64,000 nucleotides of DNA from Candidatus Zymogenus saltonus (GCA_016929395.1 JAFGIX010000069.1:4986-68985); one strand, 5' to 3'; numbered from the stretch's first letter, positions 39,699 through 50,203 are shown. The notes: generated by a model not told the origin, from the sequence alone. Numbers and translations are program-made.

Positions 39699-40686
39699 AT
39701 GAGGTATATAAAAATTTTAACGGTCTTTGTTTTATTGATCTTAATCGCCGTTCCCGCCGCTGAGCCGCAGGAACGCCATCCGATGGTGATTGCAATTTCG
39801 CCCTGGATAGGGTACGGGCCGCTTTACGTCGCTAAGGAGAAGAGGTTTTTTGATGACCTCGATGTGGAGATAAAGATAATCAAGGAGCAGGACAAGCGGA
39901 TAGCCCAGCTGATGGGGAGGTACGCCCAGATAGTCGCGTGTCCGGCCGGGGCTATGGTCAGAAACAGCAGGAAGGAGGTCGAGTTCAGGGCGTTTTTGGT
40001 GATCGACGAGTCGAGGGGGGGGCGACGGACTCGTGGCCATGAGGGGGATTTACGATATACGCGACCTTGCGGGGAGGAAGGTCTCGATGGCCCTTTACAC
40101 CCCCAGCGAGTTCTGGTTCGATATGCTCTTGGAGAGAAGGGACCTGGAGGATCTCAAGGAGGAGATAAGTTTTGTAAACTTCGAGGGATTGGAGGCCCTT
40201 TCCGCCCTTAGAAGGGGGGACGTTGACGCAATGGTCGGCAGGGAGCCGTTTTTGTCCTCGGCCGTGAGGGAGTTTAAGGGAAACGTCATAGCCACAAGCA
40301 GCGAGACCCCCGGTCTCGTGGTGGACGTCCTCTTCTCCCAGAGGGAGACGATCGAGAGGAGGCACGGCGACTTCGAGAAGGTGGTGAGGGGCGTTTACAG
40401 GGCCGTAGACTGGATGGAGAGAAATCCCGGCGCGGCGAAGGGGATTATCAAGAAATATCTTGGGGAGAACTACAGGGTCGCCTCCGATTTCGACAACACA
40501 TTTTCCGCGGTATCCTTTTACGACAGGAATATGAACCTGCGCTATTTCGGCACGGAGGACCATCCGGGGGACTTCGAGGATACATTGGACGAGATTATCG
40601 ATTACTGGAGAGACAAGGGCGAGCTCTCGTGGAAGCCGGACCCCGAGGATTTTATCGAGTATTCACTGGTGCCGACGTACGAGTGA
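39699..40686 (+). pseudogene. NMT1/THI5-like ABC-type substrate-binding protein, interrupted by a frameshift in a G6 homopolymer
   Basis: Two ORFs (39699-40211 and 40033-40686) in different frames. Together they make one continuous SBP if a single G is removed from or added to the run at 40017-40022. Confidence 0.7.
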
Positions 40687-40725
40687 TTTTATCAATCTCA
40701 TTTTTACTAAATTTCAGAGTTGTCG

Positions 40726-42483
40726 ATGAGCCGAAAAAGGTCAAAAGAGGTCGAGTTTCAGGGCTTGGGCGTTTCTCCCGGAGTGGCGATCGGTAGGGCG
40801 GAGCTTTACCTGAACGAGGTTGAAGAGACGGCCGTAATACAGATTCCGCCCGATGGCAGGGAGGATGAGGTCAAGCGTTACTTCGACGCCCTATCAAGCG
40901 TCAAGGAGCATCTTGCCGGGGACGCCCGTATCGTGTCGAAGATGATCGGGCGGCCGGAGGCGGCGATCTATATTGCCCAGCTGGAGATGCTTAAAGGCAC
41001 GCTTTTTCAGAAGGCGATTCCGGAAGGGATAATGGAAAAGGGGATAAACGCCGAGGCGGTGGTTTTGGACAGGCTCAAGTCTTTCGAGAGGATGGAAGAG
41101 GGGCTGTCCGGCTCTCACTCGGAGATGAGAGAGAAGCACAAGATGGACATCAGGGACCTCAAGCGGCACATCATCGGGCGCCTGATGAAGAAGAATCCCC
41201 AGTGTCTTCTCTTCTTTGACGATGTGATCCTTGTGGCGCCGGAGCTTCTGCCCTCGGACATTACCCTTTTTTCCCAGAGGCAGGTCTTGGGGATCGTCAC
41301 CGAGACGGGGGGGAGAAACAGTCACGCCGCCATTCTGGCGAGATCCCAGGGGATACCCGCTGTGATGGGGATAAATAGGTTCACAAGGAAGGTCGGGATG
41401 GGGGATGGTCTCATCATCGACGGCTCTTCCGGGAGCGTTTACCTCAATCCGAAGCAGAAGACCCGGAAGAGGTATCTTGAGAAGAGGGACCGTGAAATTT
41501 CGGCCAGGCAGGAGATGGAGAGGCTGATCGATCTCCCTTCGGTGACGACGGACGGGGTCCATGTCTCGATTATGGCCAACATCGGGAGGAGCGAGGACGC
41601 GTCCCTAGCTAAGAAGTACGGTGCCCAGGGTATAGGCCTTTTCAGGACGGAGCTGCCGTTTCTGATGGGGGAGCACTTCGTCTCGGAGGACGAGCAGTAC
41701 GAGCTTTACAGGGAAGTCATATCGATGATGGACGATCTGCCGGTAACCATAAGGACGCTCGACCTGGGGGGGGACAAGTTTTTCGCCCATGACCTGATAG
41801 ACAGGGAGGACAATCCCTTTCTCGGCTTGAGGTCTATCCGATTTTCAATGAAATACGCCGACATCTTTTTGACGCAGTTGAGGGCCATCCTTCGGGCGTC
41901 TGCCCACGGCAGGGTCAAGATAATGTTTCCGATGGTTACATCGATAGTCGAGATAGAAGAGATACTCAAGATCTACGAGGCTGCGAAAAAGGATGTGATA
42001 GCCAAGGGAATAAAGCCGAAGCACGAGCCGGCGCTCGGAATCATGATAGAGGTTCCCTCGGCGGCGCTGATGGCGGGGGAGTTCCTTAGACACTTCGAAT
42101 TTGCCAGCATAGGGACAAACGACCTGATTCAGTACACGCTCGCCGTGGATCGCGGAAACAGGGCGGTATCCGGGCTGTATACGCCCTACGAGCCCTCGGT
42201 GCTGAAGCTGATAGCGATGGTTGCTAAGGCGGGAAAGGCCTGTGGAAAGGAAGTAAACGTCTGCGGGGAGATGGCGTCAAATCCCCTTCTGGCGTCCCTC
42301 CTCGTGGGTCTCGGCATAAGGGTCCTCTCGATGGAGCCGAGGAGCATATTGAGGGCCAAGAGCGCCCTCCTCTCGACGGACGCAAAGAGGGCGGAGGCCG
42401 TGGCAAGGAGGGTCCTTGGGATGGCCACACCGCTGGAGGTCGAGAATTTTCTGAGAAACGAGCTCCATGTGAACGGTATATAG
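40726..42483 (+). CDS. ptsI: phosphoenolpyruvate-protein phosphotransferase (Enzyme I-like)
   Basis: GGRNSHAAILARSQGIPAV phospho-His motif and C-terminal PEP-utilising domain. No HPr gene adjacent. Confidence 0.8.
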   Translation: MSRKRSKEVEFQGLGVSPGVAIGRAELYLNEVEETAVIQIPPDGREDEVKRYFDALSSVKEHLAGDARIVSKMIGRPEAAIYIAQLEMLKGTLFQKAIPEGIMEKGINAEAVVLDRLKSFERMEEGLSGSHSEMREKHKMDIRDLKRHIIGRLMKKNPQCLLFFDDVILVAPELLPSDITLFSQRQVLGIVTETGGRNSHAAILARSQGIPAVMGINRFTRKVGMGDGLIIDGSSGSVYLNPKQKTRKRYLEKRDREISARQEMERLIDLPSVTTDGVHVSIMANIGRSEDASLAKKYGAQGIGLFRTELPFLMGEHFVSEDEQYELYREVISMMDDLPVTIRTLDLGGDKFFAHDLIDREDNPFLGLRSIRFSMKYADIFLTQLRAILRASAHGRVKIMFPMVTSIVEIEEILKIYEAAKKDVIAKGIKPKHEPALGIMIEVPSAALMAGEFLRHFEFASIGTNDLIQYTLAVDRGNRAVSGLYTPYEPSVLKLIAMVAKAGKACGKEVNVCGEMASNPLLASLLVGLGIRVLSMEPRSILRAKSALLSTDAKRAEAVARRVLGMATPLEVENFLRNELHVNGI

Positions 42484-42550
42484 GAGGGCGAAATAGCCTT
42501 ATATTGTTTTGGGTGCGGATTTCTAAATCGGAATTGTCTTGCCGGTTTGA

Positions 42551-43342
42551 TTAAAACTCCATCCTCTTTCCGATTTTGACTTCCGGGGAATCCCCTGGGA
42601 AATTCCCGAAGGGGCGGTCGTGGCCGGGGACTACTATCCCCGGGATGGAGAGGATTTTCCTGACGCTCTCCCTGTGGGCGGCGAGGTCTATATGAGGCTC
42701 GTCGAATATGTCGGAGTCGGATGCTATCATCCTTCGGCTGACGGCGTCCCCTGCTATGATGAGGTTGGTTACATCTCCTTTTACGATATAGGAGGTGTGG
42801 TGTTTTGTGTGGCCGGGGGTCTCTATGGGGGTAACGCACCTCGGAATATCGGTTCCCTCCTCTATCCAGAGGTATCCGTCCCCCTTTGCGCTTAATCCCC
42901 CCTCTATGGAGCGCCACTTTTCAAGAACCCTCCCGCTGTGCTCCATAAGCGCGTCGCGCCTGTCGATAATGATAGAGTCGTCGAGGTATGGGAAGTAACC
43001 CTTCATATAGTCGAATTTGTCCTCGGCCTCGGTGAAGTCGATGAGCCATTTCAGGGAAAAGCGAAAATCTTTTAGGCTCGCGATCTTGGGCGCCTTTTGA
43101 AAAAGCTCGTTTCCGCCGGAGTGATCTCCGTGGAAGTGGGTGTTGAAGACGTGGGTTACGTCATCAGCCGAAAAGCCGAGCTTTTTTAGGGCGGACAGGA
43201 GATCGTCCCGGCCGTAGAGGCCCGTGTCGAACAGCATAAGGTTCTCCCCGTCGTCGACCAGCGTGCTTACGCAGGGAAGGCGGGAGGTCTTGCCAAAGGC
43301 CTTTACGGGCATCGAGGTCAATATGATATGTGCTACCGGCAT
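42551..43342 (-). CDS. MBL-fold metallo-hydrolase
   Basis: HFHGDHSGG motif. Confidence 0.8.
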   Translation of the reverse strand: MPVAHIILTSMPVKAFGKTSRLPCVSTLVDDGENLMLFDTGLYGRDDLLSALKKLGFSADDVTHVFNTHFHGDHSGGNELFQKAPKIASLKDFRFSLKWLIDFTEAEDKFDYMKGYFPYLDDSIIIDRRDALMEHSGRVLEKWRSIEGGLSAKGDGYLWIEEGTDIPRCVTPIETPGHTKHHTSYIVKGDVTNLIIAGDAVSRRMIASDSDIFDEPHIDLAAHRESVRKILSIPGIVVPGHDRPFGNFPGDSPEVKIGKRMEF

Positions 43343-43393
43343 AACTTGATATGATATAATATTGCGTCGGCGCAGTAAAGTAAAAAATTAGTT

Positions 43394-43927
43394 TTGCAGA
43401 TCAGGGTTGTTTTGGAAAATCGTCAGGAGTTTATTTTTTTGAAGGCACAGTCCGTTACAATAAGGCCCTACAAGACCGGGGACGCGAGGGCGGTCATCGG
43501 GATCATGCGGGAGGTATTCATCGATGAGTATGGGTGGACAACGGCCTTTTTGAGAGAGGCGGTAAGGACGTTGAGGAAGATGCTGATGACGATGATCCCG
43601 GTAAGCGAGCTGTTTCTTGTCTGTGAGTCAAGGGAAGGGCTTTGCGGGGTGATGTTTCTTAAGGTGGGGGAAGAGGACTCCGCCTTTATCCGATGGCTTG
43701 CGGTAAAGAGGGGTTACCGCGGGCGGGGGATCGGGAGGATTTTGCTAGAGGCGGCCCTTGAATTTTCCAGGGAGGCGGGATACGAGAGCGTGAAGCTCAT
43801 CACGGTCGGCCAGTTGCATGAGGCGATGGAGTTATACAGGTGTGCCGGGTTCATCGAGGTCGGTCAAAAGGAGACGGTCTTATGGGATATGGAGATGAAC
43901 GTCCATTATATGGAGATTCGTCTATAA
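43394..43927 (+). CDS. GNAT family N-acetyltransferase
   Basis: RGYRGRGIGRILLEAA acetyl-CoA-binding motif. Confidence 0.75.
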   Translation: MQIRVVLENRQEFIFLKAQSVTIRPYKTGDARAVIGIMREVFIDEYGWTTAFLREAVRTLRKMLMTMIPVSELFLVCESREGLCGVMFLKVGEEDSAFIRWLAVKRGYRGRGIGRILLEAALEFSREAGYESVKLITVGQLHEAMELYRCAGFIEVGQKETVLWDMEMNVHYMEIRL

Positions 43928-44050
43928 ATTTTTGCCTAACATGTCGACCGTCTATTGACAAAGCCTTTAAAATCCTATATGAATAGTGAACGGTAAGTCA
44001 AAAAAGCACTTTATATTGTAAAATAACTTAAGCTGTTTGAGGAGGAAGCG

Positions 44051-45916
44051 ATGAGCAATTACGTTGTTGATGAGCGGGACCAAAAGTTTGTCTTGTACGA
44101 ACAGTTGGACATAGAGAAGCTCACGGGGTATCAGAGATACTCGGATTTTTCAAAGGATGTCTTCGATATGGTAATCGAAGAGGCCCGCAAGTTTACCGTG
44201 GATATCTTGGAGCCCACGGTCGAGGAGGGGGAGAAAGAGGGGTGCAGCCTCAAGGACGGCGTGGTATCCGTCCCGAAGTGCTTCCACGAGCCTTACAAGA
44301 CATTCTGCGAGGGGGGCTGGCTGAGCATGGTTCACAGTCCCGAGGTCGGCGGACAGGGAATGCCCCAGATTTTGGGGACGGCGGCCAGGGAATATTTTAA
44401 CGTCAACTTTTCATTCTTGGCCTACGTGGGGTTGACCGAGGGGGCCGCCCACCTGATTCATAATTTCGGCACCGAGGAGCAGAAAAACAAGTATTTGTAC
44501 AAGATGTTCTCCGGCGAGTGGGGTGGATCGATGGTCCTTACGGAGCCTGGGGCCGGAACGGACGTGGGGTCGCTTAAGACCTCCGCCAAGAAGAACCCTG
44601 ACGGCACCTACTCGATCACCGGGACGAAGATGTTCATAACCGGAGCCGATCAGGACCTGGTTCCGAACATCGTACACCCGGTTCTCGCCAGGGTCGAGGG
44701 TGCGCCCGCCGGAACCAAGGGTATATCAATCTTCCTCGTTCCCAAGTACCTCGTGAAAGACGACGGCAGCCTGGGCGAGAGGAACGACTGGAACGTCTCA
44801 AACATCGAGAAGAAGATGGGGATCAAGGCCTCGGCCACCTGCGTTGTGAACTTCGGCGACAACGGCAAGTGCTACGCAGAGATCCTGGGCGAAGAGGGCC
44901 AGGGGATGAAGATCATGTTCGTCCTCATGAACGAGGCGAGGATAGGTGTCGGAATACAGGGGCTTACCGCCGCCTCCAGGGCCTATCTCTACTCGGTCAA
45001 GTACGCAAAGGAGAGGCTCCAGGGGTCCGACCTCGCAAATTTCAGGAACCCGGACGCCCCGAGGGTCCCCATCATCAACCACCCGGACGTGAGAAGGATG
45101 CTCCTCTGGATGAAGTCCCACACAGAGGCGTTGAGGTCGCTGGTCTACTACACCTCCTGGTGCTCCGATATGGCGGTAGTGGCGGAGAGTGAAGAGGAGA
45201 GGGAGAAGTGGCACGGGATTCTCGAGGTCTTGACGCCGATCCTCAAGGCGTACGGGTCAGACACCGGCTTCAAGGTGGCAGACCAGGGGATCATGGTTCA
45301 CGGGGGATACGGCTACACCTCCGATTACCCGGTGGAGCAGATACTGAGGGACGTGAAGATCGCCGCCATCTACGAGGGGACGAACGGCATCCAGTCCCTC
45401 GACCTCGTGGGGAGGAAGCTGGGCCAGAAGAAGGGGCAGAACTTCATGAGCCTAATGGGCGAGATATACGGCTTTATATCCAGACAGGAGAAAAATGAGA
45501 AGATAAAAGACCTCGTAGCCAAGCTGAAGGAGGGGGTCGATACCCTGGGCGAAATGGCCGGCTTCTTTGCGAAATGCGGCAAAGAGGGCAAGTTCCTCGT
45601 GCCGGTCGGTAACGCCTACCCGTTTCTGAACCTCATGGCCACGGTTCTTTCCGCCTGGATGCTCGTCTGGCAGGCCTCCATCGCCTCGGAGAAGCTCGAC
45701 GCGATGGCGAAAGAGAAGGGGGCCGATCCCTCCGACTGGGGGAAGTGGGCCGAGTTCATAAAGGACAACGCCGACGCCGCTTACTACTCCGGAAAGGTGG
45801 CCGCCGCCAAATATTACGTCAACAACGTCCTTCCGGGGATAGACTCCATCGCCAAGGCGATCAAGACGGAAGACCTCTCGATCATGGAGATCGCGGAGGA
45901 GTCGTTCGCCTTTTAG
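44051..45916 (+). CDS. long-form acyl-CoA dehydrogenase
   Basis: 621 aa with ACAD N-terminal, middle (TEPGAGTD) and C-terminal domains plus a C-terminal extension. Confidence 0.85.
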   Translation: MSNYVVDERDQKFVLYEQLDIEKLTGYQRYSDFSKDVFDMVIEEARKFTVDILEPTVEEGEKEGCSLKDGVVSVPKCFHEPYKTFCEGGWLSMVHSPEVGGQGMPQILGTAAREYFNVNFSFLAYVGLTEGAAHLIHNFGTEEQKNKYLYKMFSGEWGGSMVLTEPGAGTDVGSLKTSAKKNPDGTYSITGTKMFITGADQDLVPNIVHPVLARVEGAPAGTKGISIFLVPKYLVKDDGSLGERNDWNVSNIEKKMGIKASATCVVNFGDNGKCYAEILGEEGQGMKIMFVLMNEARIGVGIQGLTAASRAYLYSVKYAKERLQGSDLANFRNPDAPRVPIINHPDVRRMLLWMKSHTEALRSLVYYTSWCSDMAVVAESEEEREKWHGILEVLTPILKAYGSDTGFKVADQGIMVHGGYGYTSDYPVEQILRDVKIAAIYEGTNGIQSLDLVGRKLGQKKGQNFMSLMGEIYGFISRQEKNEKIKDLVAKLKEGVDTLGEMAGFFAKCGKEGKFLVPVGNAYPFLNLMATVLSAWMLVWQASIASEKLDAMAKEKGADPSDWGKWAEFIKDNADAAYYSGKVAAAKYYVNNVLPGIDSIAKAIKTEDLSIMEIAEESFAF

Positions 45917-46191
45917 TGTCGGGGAGGGTCGGTCGGCTTTTTAGAATGGGTCGGGATTGTTTTATGACTTATGATTTAAGGGTAAGGGTTAGGGGGATCA
46001 TAGATAATTATTTTGACGTGTGAAAACTGAAAGGGGGGGCCCATGTTACGTATTAGTATTAATATCGGCCCCCCTTGTGATTCAAGCGTGCGGGGAAAAC
46101 GGTTTTTAGTGGAACTGGTTTAGGGGGGGAGATCAATCGGTTTGTCGGCACGGTCGGGGGGGTCGCGGCAATTATCTTGACATGTGAAATC

Positions 46192-46218
46192 TCAGGGGGG
46201 AGGGCTGTCGTCCCCCCT
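46192..46218 (+). terminator. intrinsic terminator (GGGGGGA...TCCCCCC + TTTT)
   Basis: ggggggagggctgtcgtccccccTTTT. Confidence 0.5.
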
Positions 46219-46374
46219 TTTATTGTTGGATATCGGGTTTTTAAATTTGGCTGGAGAGCCTTGACCGATGAAGTTCGGCCTCTCCATGTGCGGTAAAATC
46301 GAAAGAGACCTTTATTAAAAAGAAAGGTTTATCAACAAGCAGACTTCCTCCTATCGATTGATTCAGTCTAATCC

Positions 46375-47181
46375 CTATCGGTTGAGAACGTCGTCCTTTT
46401 TGCCTCTTTTCTCCTCCTCGTGTTTTGTAAGTATCTCCTGGGCAAGGGCGAGGTATGCCATGGCGCCCTTCGAGTTTATATCGGAGAGGATGACCGGCTT
46501 TTTCATCATCGGGGCCTCGGCGAGCCTTACTGTCCTCGGGATGATCGTCGAGAAGACCTTTTCCCCCATCGCCTTTTTTATATCCTCGGCCACCTTCTTG
46601 CCGAGATTCGTCCTGAAGTCGACCATGGTCAGAAGAACGCCCTCTATCGTGAGGGACGGGTTGTAGGTCCTTGCCACCTCCCGGGCGGTTTGAAGGAGCC
46701 TTCCAAGGCTCTCCTTGGAGAAGTACTCTCCCTGAACCGGGATGAGGATCGAGTCCGCCGCAATCATCGTGGCTATGGAGATCGACCCGAGGGAGGGAGG
46801 ACAGTCGAGGATTATATAGTCATAAAACTTGTCGACCTCTGCGAACATCTGCTTGAGCTTGAACTTGTCCTTCTTCATAATCTGGTTGAGAATGTCCTCC
46901 TCGCTGGATGATTTGACATTTGACCCGATTACGTCAAGGAACTTTATCTCCGTGTGAAAGATGGCCTCTACGATCGAGACATCGTGGTAGAGGAGATCGT
47001 ACAGGCCGTACTTGTTTCCCTTCTTGTCATGTTCGAAGGAGGACGAGACACCGCACTGGGGATCGATGCCGACAAGCAGCGTCCTTACTTCAAGGGCCGC
47101 TACGCTCGCGGCGAGGTTGACGGCGGTCGTGGTCTTGCCCACGCCCCCCTTCTGGCTTACTACGGCTAAAACTCTGGCCAT
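46375..47181 (-). CDS. ParA/MinD-family P-loop ATPase
   Basis: Deviant Walker A KGGVGKTT, 268 aa. Confidence 0.85.
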   Translation of the reverse strand: MARVLAVVSQKGGVGKTTTAVNLAASVAALEVRTLLVGIDPQCGVSSSFEHDKKGNKYGLYDLLYHDVSIVEAIFHTEIKFLDVIGSNVKSSSEEDILNQIMKKDKFKLKQMFAEVDKFYDYIILDCPPSLGSISIATMIAADSILIPVQGEYFSKESLGRLLQTAREVARTYNPSLTIEGVLLTMVDFRTNLGKKVAEDIKKAMGEKVFSTIIPRTVRLAEAPMMKKPVILSDINSKGAMAYLALAQEILTKHEEEKRGKKDDVLNR

Positions 47182-47687
47182 ACGGTGAATTACACTCCTT
47201 AAGAGAAATCTATAATTGCGGCTGTAATGAACTCAAATAAAAGAGCTTCGCACCCCTTGACGGCTTGACCTAAGTATCGGGACACTCTTTCTGCAATGGT
47301 TAAACAGCCTCAAAAAACTATTCTCATCGCGGGAACGTAAAGACGAAAAAACTGTTTTTTTCCATTATCTCTGATTCCCACTCGTTTTTCAAATGCCTTC
47401 AACGACAATTTGAGATTTTCGGTCGATACGAAAAATCCCTTTATTACGAGAGCGCTTCGATTCTTGCGCGGGTTCTCTTTCAGCCTTTGTTACCATGATA
47501 AACCGCCGGGTCGATCGCCGATATCGATCAACCCCTCAATCAATATCTCTATCGGATTCTCATATCTCAATGCCCTGAACATCGACCCAAGCATCAGCCA
47601 ATCGGCTTAATCTTAATTACGGACCTCTATTCCGACCGGCCCCTCTCATATTTGCATGCTCTCAGACCTCAAACACTCCAACGAGGA

Positions 47688-48911
47688 TCACCCCTCATCA
47701 TTTTCTTGAGGTTTTGCAAGGGAGCCGGCCATCTTGTTCAGCAGGTCGGAGTCTTCCTTGAACTTCCTCAAATCCTCATCGTCTATTTTGCCCTTGTCCG
47801 AGACCTTTTTTAGGATTCCGCCCATGTCGGCGTAGAGCCTCTGGATATCGTCAAGGTGTTTTTTTGTGGCTTGGGATTCTTCCGCCAGGATTTCCCCTTC
47901 GGCTGTTTCCGGCTTTTTTACGGACTCCAAAAAACCCATCAGTTTTTTGAGGCCGTATTCCAGGCCGCTTTGGGCCTGTTTTATCGCGTAAATCGATTTA
48001 TCGGAAAGCTCCACCTCTCCCGAGGCGATCTCCTTTGATACCTCGGCGATGTTTGAGAGCTCCGATTCGATAAGGTCGAGGCCCATGTAACGGGTTGCGC
48101 TCATGAGGGACAGAGACGCTTCTTCGAGATCGAGGACGGCCTCTTTTTGGGGCGAGGATGTGGAGATGGAATCGAGGATCTTGGAGATATTCGCTGTAAA
48201 CTCCTTCAATCGAGAAATGTAGTACTCCAACAGCTCCGGGTCGTCTTCGTATATATCCTCCTCGAAGTAATCTTCCGGCGCTTCTTCGTCGGCGGCCGGT
48301 ATGGCTGAGAAAGATATCTCCTCCGAGAGTCGAGGCGTCTTCAGGATCCTCGGCAGTATCTCGATCCCGACCAGGCGGTTCGGATCGAGAAAATCCTTTA
48401 TATCCTTTGCAAGGGAGAGGGATATCCCCCTGACCGTGATAATCTTTGCCAGGGGAGCGTTGGCGATATCCTCTATATTTTCAAATCCATTCTCGATGAG
48501 TGCCGTGGCCTTTTCTCTGCCGATTCCGGGGATCATCAATAATTTTTCAATCTTCGATTCATCGACGGGCTTATCTCGTTTTTCATAGACGACTTCTGTC
48601 ACCTCCGGCTCGGCCACCTCAGGCGGTATGACTTTCTCGAGCTCTTTAAATCTACCCTTGAATTTGACCAGGTTTTCGCCTATCTCTCCGGGACTGTCGA
48701 GGATGTCGGTTAAGTCTATAAGGGAATCCTCGATTTCCTCGATGCCGGTCATCCTGACGGCCCAGATAAACTCGTTGACCTCGGTTCTGAGCCCCATTAC
48801 GTTTTTTGGCGATGGATCTTCTATTGCGCCTTCAAGCTTTGTCTTTACGTCGGCCATGAACCTGGGGGACATTTTGCCGGTTATAGTTTCCAGCTCATCT
48901 ATAAGAGACAT
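47688..48911 (-). CDS. hypothetical protein with a tandem helix-hairpin-helix (HhH)2 DNA-binding module
   Basis: LLMIPGIGREKATALIENGF and IITVRGISLSLAKDI HhH motifs. Acidic coiled-coil-like N- and C-terminal regions. 24 nt downstream of the CheB-like gene. Confidence 0.65.
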   Translation of the reverse strand: MSLIDELETITGKMSPRFMADVKTKLEGAIEDPSPKNVMGLRTEVNEFIWAVRMTGIEEIEDSLIDLTDILDSPGEIGENLVKFKGRFKELEKVIPPEVAEPEVTEVVYEKRDKPVDESKIEKLLMIPGIGREKATALIENGFENIEDIANAPLAKIITVRGISLSLAKDIKDFLDPNRLVGIEILPRILKTPRLSEEISFSAIPAADEEAPEDYFEEDIYEDDPELLEYYISRLKEFTANISKILDSISTSSPQKEAVLDLEEASLSLMSATRYMGLDLIESELSNIAEVSKEIASGEVELSDKSIYAIKQAQSGLEYGLKKLMGFLESVKKPETAEGEILAEESQATKKHLDDIQRLYADMGGILKKVSDKGKIDDEDLRKFKEDSDLLNKMAGSLAKPQENDEG

Positions 48912-48935
48912 AAGAATAGATCCTTATACACGTTT

Positions 48936-50012
48936 TCAAGAGACATTAATAAGGCCGTTTAGATTGACCATGTCATAGACGTCTCCCATGAGGTATTCGA
49001 GAATCCTCGGCAGATTATCTATGTCCGCCATAAGATCCACGGCGCCTTCCCTTACCGCGTTTTCCCCGACTATCGGAAGCACTCCCCCGCCCTCGCTGAT
49101 GGCTATTGTGGTGCCCCCCCGATCCTTTATCGCCTTGAGGCCCTGAATTCCGTCGTTGCCGATTCCCTCCACGAGGATTCCCATGACCAGATCCCCGAAG
49201 GCCTCGGCCGTGCTCTTCATCATCGTATCGATGGTCCCGGTTTTGTAAGGCAGCGAGACCAGCTTGCCGCCGCCGTCGACGGTGCCCTTAATCCCGAAAG
49301 AATCCCCCAAAGACGTCGTGTAACAGACCCCCCCGACAATATTCTCCCCCGCTACGGCGCCCTTGATCGACCATTGGGTGTACCTGTCAAATTTCGATAT
49401 GAATTTCTCAATAATCTCCTTGGGAAGGGGTAGTGACAGAAAGAGGGCCGTATCGTTTCTCCTCGGGAGCGTCGAGGCCAGCTTCAGGGCCGAGGAGATA
49501 CCGACCCTGGGCACCCCCAATACCAGAAAATAGGTCGGCTTGTCTTTACAGCTTTCCCAGCCCGGCTTTTCGTACAGGGTGAGCTTTACCCTTTTCAGCC
49601 TCGTGATGTCGGCTTTGGAAATGGTGTCGATCGATTTTATGAACTCCTTTAGGAGGTTGTCTGAGGGATTTCTTATTTCATCGGCCGAAAGGGAGATGAA
49701 GTCGAGTAGTCCGAGGCGAAATGCGTCAAACATGCTCGAGGCAGTATCAGAGGTGTTCCCGACCCCAAGGACCTTGTAAGGACCGTGGAGCTGAACGAGC
49801 TTGAGCTGTCTCATAGTGGCCTTGTGATCGCCGGAGAATCCGAGGACGACCACAACATTCCCCCGCTTCTCGAGCTCCGTTGTCGCCTCCTCCACATCGG
49901 AAAAGATCCCTATGACCTGGGCCGAGTCGTTAACCCTGAGGAGGGTCTCGACGGCTCCCCTTAGCTTCTCGTCCGAAATTATTATCGCAACCCAAGTTTT
50001 CATATGATTCAT
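48936..50012 (-). CDS. CheB-like protein (receiver + methylesterase fold) with degenerate catalytic residues
   Basis: Aligns along its whole length to CheB, including the GIGNDG block. The phospho-acceptor Asp is replaced by Gly (VVVLGFSG). The esterase Ser (GASTGG replaced by GVPRVG) and His (QHMP replaced by SLPLP) are substituted. Confidence 0.7.
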   Translation of the reverse strand: MNHMKTWVAIIISDEKLRGAVETLLRVNDSAQVIGIFSDVEEATTELEKRGNVVVVLGFSGDHKATMRQLKLVQLHGPYKVLGVGNTSDTASSMFDAFRLGLLDFISLSADEIRNPSDNLLKEFIKSIDTISKADITRLKRVKLTLYEKPGWESCKDKPTYFLVLGVPRVGISSALKLASTLPRRNDTALFLSLPLPKEIIEKFISKFDRYTQWSIKGAVAGENIVGGVCYTTSLGDSFGIKGTVDGGGKLVSLPYKTGTIDTMMKSTAEAFGDLVMGILVEGIGNDGIQGLKAIKDRGGTTIAISEGGGVLPIVGENAVREGAVDLMADIDNLPRILEYLMGDVYDMVNLNGLINVS

Positions 50013-50203
50013 TAAGTCCCTTTATGTAAAATACCGCTTTATAATGATTCTAATGCTGTTTTTTTTACTTAATTCTTTTTATAAACTTAAAAAGCAAAAA
50101 ATTCAAGTCTTTTTTTTGTACTGCTGTTCCGGTGTATTTTGGGGAGGTGAGGTGGTGGAAAAAGTTAAAGTACAAATCACAATATTATACAAATAATAAA
50201 TCC

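Noticed and set aside
40033-40686. Treating the two SBP ORFs as separate genes
   Set aside because: The second ORF lacks its own signal peptide and RBS. Its sequence continues the SBP fold begun in the first. The frames meet at a G6 homopolymer.
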